A stretch of DNA of 64,000 nt, taken from contig SFKS01000002.1 in NCBI GenBank assembly GCA_004554705.1, forward strand, positions 29,942 through 93,941, given 5' to 3'. This DNA comes from Clostridiales bacterium. Its GTDB lineage: Bacteria > Bacillota > Clostridia > TANB77 > CAG-508. The position numbers and the translations under genes are program-made. The notes under the pieces are model-generated. The model saw only the letters and a program-made list of their open reading frames with translations, made no database searches and was not told the origin of the DNA. Positions 54,986 to 61,187 of the stretch are shown piece by piece; within the stretch, counting starts at the first letter, position 1; each line of letters opens with the position of its first letter.

Positions 54986-55195
54986 TCACCATTTATGATA
55001 TAAAAAACCCATCAAAACATAAAGGGAAATCATAAAAAGAAGGACAAAACTCCACCAAACAAAACCAGTGAAACCCAATACTGTAGCCAAATATGTTCCT
55101 AAAACAACAGTCCAAATAAAAGGTAATAACACTATAAAAATCATTATAAGTACAACAATAAAAAATCCAAATATCTTAACATAATCTCCTCTCAT
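54986..55195 (-). CDS. small two-pass membrane protein
   Basis: 69 aa and almost entirely hydrophobic. Confidence 0.55.
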   Translation of the reverse strand: MRGDYVKIFGFFIVVLIMIFIVLLPFIWTVVLGTYLATVLGFTGFVWWSFVLLFMISLYVLMGFLYHKW

Positions 55196-55207
55196 ACAGG
55201 GTCCTCC

Positions 55208-55486
55208 TTATTGTATCTCATCGTAGTATGTATCTACAATGTCCTCTGCTACAACATAAACGACACGTTGGTCTTCTGGGGCGAAAAATACATAGTCAGA
55301 GAGTTCTATTTTTAAGTCTGGGTTTTCTGCTCTTGCTATAATTATAACATTATCCTCTGGTGGTATAATTGAAATTTTCTCCATATCCTCAATATATAAT
55401 GCTATGTTTTTTATTATTTCATCAAAATTATCATCTACATATTGTATTCCTGAAACAGGTTCTGTTTTTCTCATATATTGTTTCAT
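55208..55486 (-). CDS. hypothetical protein
   Basis: ATG 55486 overlaps the upstream TAA (TAATG). SD is AAGGAGAG. Confidence 0.5.
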   Translation of the reverse strand: MKQYMRKTEPVSGIQYVDDNFDEIIKNIALYIEDMEKISIIPPEDNVIIIARAENPDLKIELSDYVFFAPEDQRVVYVVAEDIVDTYYDEIQ

Positions 55487-55896
55487 TATATCTCTCCTTG
55501 TTGTTGTGCTATTTGAACCATTCTGTGTGATAATGGAAAAAGGTCTTGGAAGCATAGTTTTGCGTATCCTTTTATTATGATTTCATCTTTTTTGTTTATT
55601 GGTTCATTATTGTTTTTTTTGAATGAGAATGATATGGAACTGTCGAAGTTTCCATTCTCTTTTACTTCTGGGAGTATGTGTGTTTCTATGTAATATTCGT
55701 CTCCCAATTTTTTTTTAACCATTAAGTTTAATTTTTCATCTCTTTCGTAACATTCAGTTGCATATTGATTATATGCTTCGTAGATTTTTGCTGTTGTAAT
55801 GTTGTATGCTTCTTGCGAAAGTAAGTATTTGATTTGTTTTAAATCCTCTTTATTCCATATATAGAGTTGTGTATCGTCTGTTGTCATTACTAACAT
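55486..55896 (-). CDS. hypothetical protein
   Basis: 136-aa ORF. Confidence 0.55.
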   Translation of the reverse strand: MLVMTTDDTQLYIWNKEDLKQIKYLLSQEAYNITTAKIYEAYNQYATECYERDEKLNLMVKKKLGDEYYIETHILPEVKENGNFDSSISFSFKKNNNEPINKKDEIIIKGYAKLCFQDLFPLSHRMVQIAQQQGEI

Positions 55897-55904
55897 TTTG
55901 TTTT

Positions 55905-56267
55905 TTACTCCTCGGGGATTATTGCTATTTTATTCATTTTTGTGTTGAGTTCTTGTTGCCAGATTTCAGTGTTGATTTTTGTAAAAACTTTTTGTACTGG
56001 TATTAGGTGGTCTTGTGCCGTGTAGAGTAATGCATCTATTTTGTCTATAATGCTTTGTAGTTGTGTTTCTGTTATGTATTGTTGTTGGTAGTGTCTGATT
56101 GTTTCTAGTATGGTTAGGTTGCAGTGTGTGATGAGGTTTTGTAGTGTGATTTTTTGTATTTGTGGTATGATGAGGTAGTATTTTGTCATTTCTTGTTTTA
56201 GTTTTTGTGGTTGTAGCGTGTATGTTTTTATTTGTTGTGTGGTGTATTGTTTTTGATTGGTTTGCAT
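55905..56267 (-). CDS. hypothetical Gln/Thr/Ile-rich protein
   Basis: 120-aa ORF with a GAGGAGG SD. The coding strand is almost devoid of G. Confidence 0.5.
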   Translation of the reverse strand: MQTNQKQYTTQQIKTYTLQPQKLKQEMTKYYLIIPQIQKITLQNLITHCNLTILETIRHYQQQYITETQLQSIIDKIDALLYTAQDHLIPVQKVFTKINTEIWQQELNTKMNKIAIIPEE

Positions 56268-56359
56268 GTTAGTATTTTATCCTCCTCTGGGTTGTGTGTT
56301 ATGTTGAATTTGTCTATTGCTTGGAAGAAGTCTTCGGCTGTTATTGTTTGTGTTTTCAT
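56228..56359 (-). CDS. 43-aa micro-ORF (hypothetical)
   Basis: Its ATG overlaps the upstream TAA (TAATG). Hand translation gives MKTQTITAEDFFQAIDKFNITHNPEEDKIL... It fills an otherwise empty 91-nt gap. Confidence 0.35.
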   Translation of the reverse strand: MKTQTITAEDFFQAIDKFNITHNPEEDKILTCKPIKNNTPHNK

Positions 56360-56739
56360 TATGTTGTGTTGTGTTCTGTACAGTATATTAAATTGCATGT
56401 TTTTTGTTCCTTTGTTTTTTCATGGGAACAATTACATTTTCCGTTTTTTAGTTCTATATAGTAGTATAGTTTTTTTGTGTTTTGTAATCCCATATCTGTT
56501 TTTAGGATTTCTTTACTTGTATATCCGAGTTTTTGTGCCATTTTTTGTGTTATTTCATCTACTCGGATTCTTTTTACATTTTTTACTATATATGTTCCAT
56601 ACATAGGGGGTTCGGGTTTTTGTACTCGTATTTCGTCTCCAGCTTCTATGTTTTGTTCTAGTTCATCAGTTATTAATGCTGTTATTTCTTTTTGTTTTAA
56701 TGCTGTATAATAGCATTCTTCTAAATGTATTGTTTCCAT
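56359..56739 (-). CDS. ASCH/PUA-like domain protein (tentative)
   Basis: 126 aa. The pattern IHLEECYYTALKQKEITALI...AGDEIRV...YIVKNVKRIRVDEI is ASCH-like. Confidence 0.45.
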   Translation of the reverse strand: METIHLEECYYTALKQKEITALITDELEQNIEAGDEIRVQKPEPPMYGTYIVKNVKRIRVDEITQKMAQKLGYTSKEILKTDMGLQNTKKLYYYIELKNGKCNCSHEKTKEQKTCNLIYCTEHNTT

Positions 56740-56741
56740 GT

Positions 56742-57350
56742 TTATTCTCCTTTTTTATTGTTTTTGTTTTTTAAATGATTATTCAGAACATGATTGATTA
56801 GGATATCATATTTTTTATCTCGTATTTTTTGCAGGTCCTGTTCGTATAGTTTTATTGCTTTAATGACTAGTTGTGTTTGTTTTTTCAGGTTTTCGATTGT
56901 GGAGTTGTTATTGATGATGTAATTGTATTTGATATTGTTATCCCATTCGGTGTGTCTTTTTCTTTGTGTTCTTGGTGTTTTTTTATTATTTTGGCGTTCA
57001 ATTAGTATTTTAAAACATGTATGGTGTGTTTTCTCCATATCTGTTACACCTTTAGAATCAACAACATATATATTATAATCATGGTTGAATTGTTTTTTTG
57101 TCGTCCAGTAATAATTATTTGCTATTTGCGTTTCTGCAAGTATTTGTTGGTCTAAAAAATCAATTTGATATTCAAGTTTATCTGTGAAAATATGTGTGTT
57201 TTCATCTTTGTATCGTGGATTTCTTGTTGTTTTTGATAAAATTTTATGAGAATCCATGCCTCTATAATGCATTTGGGTGGTTAATTCATCTGCAAAAGTG
57301 TCTTTTCCTACTGCGAAGTCGCCAGCTATTAATATTATCATGTTAATCAT
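56742..57350 (-). CDS. deoxynucleoside monophosphate kinase-like P-loop protein (T4 gp1-like)
   Basis: The N-terminal ILIAGDFAVGKDTFADEL resembles the GxxxSGKDTxAD P-loop of T4 gp1. Confidence 0.55.
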   Translation of the reverse strand: MINMIILIAGDFAVGKDTFADELTTQMHYRGMDSHKILSKTTRNPRYKDENTHIFTDKLEYQIDFLDQQILAETQIANNYYWTTKKQFNHDYNIYVVDSKGVTDMEKTHHTCFKILIERQNNKKTPRTQRKRHTEWDNNIKYNYIINNNSTIENLKKQTQLVIKAIKLYEQDLQKIRDKKYDILINHVLNNHLKNKNNKKGE

Positions 57351-57379
57351 TAATGTTTTAAAAAAAAGAGTGAAGATGT

Positions 57380-57646
57380 TTATTCTTCTGTTTTTTGTTT
57401 AGTTAAATTTAATTCCTCAATAAGATAGTCTGTGATTGCTAATAATTCATCACTTGTAACTCCTAACATTGATGCGAGTAATAAGCCTTCTATGACAAAT
57501 AATGGGATATACAAGAGTGCTCTATTTTCTGTACAGTCTGGGGTATTTATGTCTTCATCATAGAGTTTTTTTAGTTTTTCTATACTTAATCCGATTTGTT
57601 CTTTTACTGCCGTGTTTAGTAATTCATCTGATGTTTCGAGTGTCAT
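57380..57646 (-). CDS. hypothetical protein
   Basis: 88-aa ORF with a GAGGAGG SD. Confidence 0.5.
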   Translation of the reverse strand: MTLETSDELLNTAVKEQIGLSIEKLKKLYDEDINTPDCTENRALLYIPLFVIEGLLLASMLGVTSDELLAITDYLIEELNLTKQKTEE

Positions 57647-57769
57647 TTTTTTTTATTCCTCCTCTTGTATGGTATAGGTTTTTTCTTCGAGTTGGGTTTC
57701 TATTAGTAGTAGGTTTTTTAGAAATGTTGTCATGTGTTTTATTTTAGTATGTTATGCATATATATAGTT

Positions 57770-58096
57770 TTAGTATGTTGGGATATAAGTATCGATTGAT
57801 TCTACGTCTATTTCTCTTGATAGTTTAATGATTAAGGAAATAGGGAAAGTCACGCTTTTTTCTAATATTGATGTCGCTTTGTATTCTATTTTAATTTTAT
57901 CGTCATCATTTTTATTGTTTAACATAATAATGTCTATTAATTCATCTGATGTGCATAAAAATTCAATTTTATGGCATGCTATTTTAAATGAAAAATTTAA
58001 ATTATTTTTTTTCATTTTTTGTATATCATCTATAAAGTATTGTATTGCTTGTCTTTTAATATTATTTTTTTTGGTTGGTTTTTCTAATTCTGTCAT
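57770..58096 (-). CDS. hypothetical protein
   Basis: 108-aa ORF. Confidence 0.5.
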   Translation of the reverse strand: MTELEKPTKKNNIKRQAIQYFIDDIQKMKKNNLNFSFKIACHKIEFLCTSDELIDIIMLNNKNDDDKIKIEYKATSILEKSVTFPISLIIKLSREIDVESIDTYIPTY

Positions 58097-58103
58097 TTTT
58101 TTT

Positions 58104-58289
58104 TCAGTCCTTATCTTGTTTTATTTTAGTATTAATTTCAATAATTCCATCATGAATCATTTCTACTGTTTTTAGGCGGGCTTTAATTATATGAGTTTCA
58201 TAAGGATTAGCATTTCCATCTTCATGATTCATGAGTTCAATTTGTAAAGATAAATATAGGTGCCCTAAATAACGATTTATGTCCTGCAT
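58104..58289 (-). CDS. small hypothetical protein
   Basis: 61-aa ORF. Confidence 0.45.
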   Translation of the reverse strand: MQDINRYLGHLYLSLQIELMNHEDGNANPYETHIIKARLKTVEMIHDGIIEINTKIKQDKD

Positions 58290-58349
58290 TTGTTCTTTTT
58301 TTTGTAGCTAATTCATTTTTTGTTTTAAATAATTCTTTTCTTAAATCAT

Positions 58350-58559
58350 TTATAGGTGTTTCTTGTGGTTGAATAATAGTATATCTCCGGGATACAACAT
58401 ATGCATTTCTTCTTTGAGGGTAAGTACGCCCCCACCTCCATATTTTTGATTTATATTTAGATTTATAAAGTTAGGAGCGTTCATAATCATTTCTATCGAT
58501 TTGTGTTCAGAATTTGGGAAAAACAGTATCGCAGAATATACTTCATCAGGCTCCATCAT
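58350..58559 (-). CDS. truncated third copy of the 58546-59631 paralog family
   Basis: 69 aa. It aligns to roughly aa 82-150 of ORF 58546..59064 (MIMNAPNFI.L, LLFN). Confidence 0.45.
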   Translation of the reverse strand: MMEPDEVYSAILFFPNSEHKSIEMIMNAPNFINLNINQKYGGGGVLTLKEEMHMLYPGDILLFNHKKHL

Positions 58560-59064
58560 TTAAAACTCTCCCATGAAATCCATTATGAAGTAGTGTTTGT
58601 AGTGTTGGGTTTTGTAAAACATGTGTGAGTTCCTTTGCTTCATTGAATAATAATATATCTTCGGGGCGTAACATATATGTTTTCCCCTCAAGAGTAAGTT
58701 TACTAAAAACCCCATATTTATCATAGTTTGTGTCCAATCGTATAAAGTTAGGGGCGTTCATAATCATCCCCATTGACTCACTTTCAGGTTTTGGAGAAAA
58801 TATTGTTGCATAATATGTATTGTTAGTTGGAGCCATGTACATTGATATTAATATTTCTCCGGTATCTTTTATTTTAAACCATGTGTCGGGGTGGTTATTA
58901 AAGCGAAGGCCCTTGTTATCACGACATAAGTTGAAAGTTATGCAATTTTCAGCCTCAGAAACCTCCCATTCATCGTAATATTTATTATTAAGTAATGCTT
59001 TTATAATTTTGTCCTCGTTTCCTTTTACTTGAGCAAGTCCATCGTTTTTAATACATTTAATCAT
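58546..59064 (-). CDS. paralog family protein, copy 2
   Basis: 172 aa. It shares N- and C-terminal blocks with 59065..59631. Confidence 0.6.
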   Translation of the reverse strand: MIKCIKNDGLAQVKGNEDKIIKALLNNKYYDEWEVSEAENCITFNLCRDNKGLRFNNHPDTWFKIKDTGEILISMYMAPTNNTYYATIFSPKPESESMGMIMNAPNFIRLDTNYDKYGVFSKLTLEGKTYMLRPEDILLFNEAKELTHVLQNPTLQTLLHNGFHGRVLNDGA

Positions 59065-59631
59065 TTATCCTCTCTCCTTTTGAATTGGTTGGTATCCATT
59101 TTTAACCAAGGTTTTTTTAAAACCATCTCCGTCTGCATCATTAAAAATTGTTTTAATATTTTTATATTCATTGAATATTATAACTCCACCTTCAAATAAT
59201 GGGTATGCTTTTTGTTTCTTATCAGTCACTGTATGTACAACGTATTCATGTTCAGGGGTGATTGTTTGTAGACTGTTAAAGTTTGGTGCTTGTAATAGTA
59301 GGTCTGCCCATGCAAGGTCATCAAATTTTCCTTTTTCTTTATGTATAGTGAAAAGAACTGCTGTATATACTGGGTTTTCTTCTCTTTCTTCTATTAGGAT
59401 TTCACCCTTTGGTGTTAATCTATAGTATGTTTCTGGGGTGTTTTTGAATGTTTTTGTTTGTAGTGTGACTGGATGTGTTAATGCAAATTTTGAACCATAA
59501 AATTTGTCCTTTTCATATGTGTAACTCCATTTTAAGTAAAATGAATGGTCTTTTAGGAAGTCTACTATAGTATCTTCATGTCCCCGTACCTGTGTGTAGT
59601 CGTCACCGAATTTCTTACATCTTATTTTCAT
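59065..59631 (-). CDS. paralog family protein, copy 1
   Basis: 188 aa. Its stop is directly adjacent to the start of the next copy. Confidence 0.6.
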   Translation of the reverse strand: MKIRCKKFGDDYTQVRGHEDTIVDFLKDHSFYLKWSYTYEKDKFYGSKFALTHPVTLQTKTFKNTPETYYRLTPKGEILIEEREENPVYTAVLFTIHKEKGKFDDLAWADLLLQAPNFNSLQTITPEHEYVVHTVTDKKQKAYPLFEGGVIIFNEYKNIKTIFNDADGDGFKKTLVKNGYQPIQKERG

Positions 59632-59939
59632 TTCATCTCCTCCTCTATGAGTTTTAAACTGTAATCCATTATTTTCTCTGCAATATCATCAGGCAAGTCA
59701 CATACCATTACAATTCGATTTCCATTGTTTAATCTGTCTTTTATTTCCCATCTTTCTAACCCCCTATATTTTTTTTCGTACCTATCTATCTTACACTTTT
59801 CAACCCGGTCACCCCATCGTGCTACTTCTTTATTTGTCTGATAAGTAGCATACCAATTCAAGAATAGTATTATACTGAAAATGCTTACAAGTATTAATAT
59901 GCAGATAATTAAATTACAATTATTATTAACTTTTATCAT
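59628..59939 (-). CDS. membrane-anchored protein (N-terminal TM)
   Basis: 103 aa. The hydrophobic segment is LIICILILVSIFSIILFL. Confidence 0.55.
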   Translation of the reverse strand: MIKVNNNCNLIICILILVSIFSIILFLNWYATYQTNKEVARWGDRVEKCKIDRYEKKYRGLERWEIKDRLNNGNRIVMVCDLPDDIAEKIMDYSLKLIEEEMK

Positions 59940-59967
59940 ATTTTCTTTACCTCATCAAGTATTTTTG

Positions 59968-60240
59968 TTATTTCTTTAATTGTAAATAATAATGTAGTGG
60001 TTGATTAGAATGTTTTCTAACTCCAAATAAACCAAAATCATCTTTATATTCATTTGATTGAGCTTCTAATAATTTTTCGATTTGTGAATCTGTAAGATTA
60101 AGAAAATGTATTTCTTTTCTTGCGAAACGAACAAAATCTTTAATTCCTAATTTATTTAATAAATTAATTATTTTTTGCATTTTATCCTCATCCACCTCTG
60201 CATCATACAATGGAAGAAAAGTATACCCCTCATCAGTCAT
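59968..60240 (-). CDS. hypothetical protein
   Basis: 90-aa ORF. Confidence 0.5.
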   Translation of the reverse strand: MTDEGYTFLPLYDAEVDEDKMQKIINLLNKLGIKDFVRFARKEIHFLNLTDSQIEKLLEAQSNEYKDDFGLFGVRKHSNQPLHYYLQLKK

Positions 60241-60596
60241 TTTAACGCCTCTTTATCTTTATAATCTTCTTTTTTAGTAATTAAGGAAATAATTTTATTT
60301 AAAGGTTTTATACTTTTTTCTGCAGAATGACGAGCATAATTTTGTGGAAGAGTGTATGTTGATAAATTGTTCTTTTTTACTTTGTCGAATTCTCCATTTT
60401 CTATTTTTTCGATTAAATTTTCATAAATACGAATAACATTCATCATAGACTCATACATGAGATTTTTAATTATATACTCTTGTCTATGATTATACATTAA
60501 GGAACTGATTAATTCTTTTTGTAGAATAACAACCTGTTCGTTATATTCTCTTTTTTGTTTTTTTAGGTAGGATATTAATAATTTTTCTTCAATCAT
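60237..60596 (-). CDS. hypothetical protein
   Basis: 119-aa ORF. Confidence 0.5.
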   Translation of the reverse strand: MIEEKLLISYLKKQKREYNEQVVILQKELISSLMYNHRQEYIIKNLMYESMMNVIRIYENLIEKIENGEFDKVKKNNLSTYTLPQNYARHSAEKSIKPLNKIISLITKKEDYKDKEALK

Positions 60597-60749
60597 TTAT
60601 TTTTTCACCTCTTTCAGTTTATCATGAATCCAACTCTTATCCCTTTCTTTTTTTAATTCATTACAAATATATTTAAGCACCTCACAATTCATACGACCTG
60701 CTATCTCTTCAGGGTGTTCTTCAAAATATTTCTCCCAATTATCTATCAT
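60597..60749 (-). CDS. 50-aa micro-ORF (hypothetical)
   Basis: Hand translation gives MIDNWEKYFEEHPEEIAGRMNCEVLKYICNELKKERDKSWIHDKLKEVKK. Its TAA abuts the next ATG. Confidence 0.4.
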   Translation of the reverse strand: MIDNWEKYFEEHPEEIAGRMNCEVLKYICNELKKERDKSWIHDKLKEVKK

Positions 60750-60858
60750 TCTATCTAATGCTCATGCACTTTCACTTTGTTTTTGTTTTGTGTGGGGGTT
60801 GTTTTTCTTTTTGTAGTATATTATATCATTTCCTATATTTATAGTTTTTGATTTTTTT

Positions 60859-60892
60859 AAAAAAAAACCAACAACATCTGTTGGTTTTTTTT
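60859..60892. terminator. long perfect palindromic hairpin (A9-CCAACA / TGTTGG-T8) acting on either strand
   Basis: The sequence is aaaaaaaaaccaaca-acatc-tgttggtttttttt. Confidence 0.55.
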
Positions 60893-60908
60893 AAAATGTT
60901 ATTCCAAT

Positions 60909-60950
60909 CACAATACTATATTTATACATTCATGGTATTTAAATGTTACG
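60909..60950 (-). promoter_or_regulatory. archaeal-type promoter (CGTAACA-TTTAAATA, 22 nt, TTGTG)
   Basis: The TATA box is at 60943..60936 on the minus strand. The hairpin begins about 20 nt after the predicted start. Confidence 0.45.
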
Positions 60951-60954
60951 ATTA

Positions 60955-61008
60955 TTAAGAAGAAAAAATAATAAAAAGTAAGAACCTAACAAAGTTAAGA
61001 AGAAAAAA
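60955..61008. repeat. 14-nt perfect direct repeat TTAAGAAGAAAAAA (60955-60968 and 60995-61008)
   Basis: Read directly from the sequence. It lies in the longest non-coding stretch of the window. Confidence 0.8.
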
Positions 61009-61027
61009 ATATTTAAAGTGAAATACA

Positions 61028-61051
61028 GGGGGGAGGGATAAATGTGGGGGG
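61028..61051 (+). other. G-tract element GGGGGGAGGG-ataaatgt-GGGGGG
   Basis: 15 of 24 nt are G in an otherwise AT-rich intergenic region. Confidence 0.7.
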
Positions 61052-61187
61052 TTGTTGTATTTTTTTTTAAATAAATATATTCTTCTGAGTGTTAGGTATG
61101 TAATAGGTATTAATAATTTTACTTATAAAGGTTTTTTCAAAAAAAATATATAACGGGTGTTATAAAAAAAACCCATCATAAAATACA

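Noticed and set aside
57652-57733. Apparent 26-aa micro-ORF with a TATA box 25 nt upstream, in the 57647-57769 gap.
   Set aside because: Careful re-translation showed I had dropped a base. The true frame gives a basic low-complexity peptide (MTTFPKKPTTNRNPTRRKN...) that runs out of frame into the next gene. This is not convincing.
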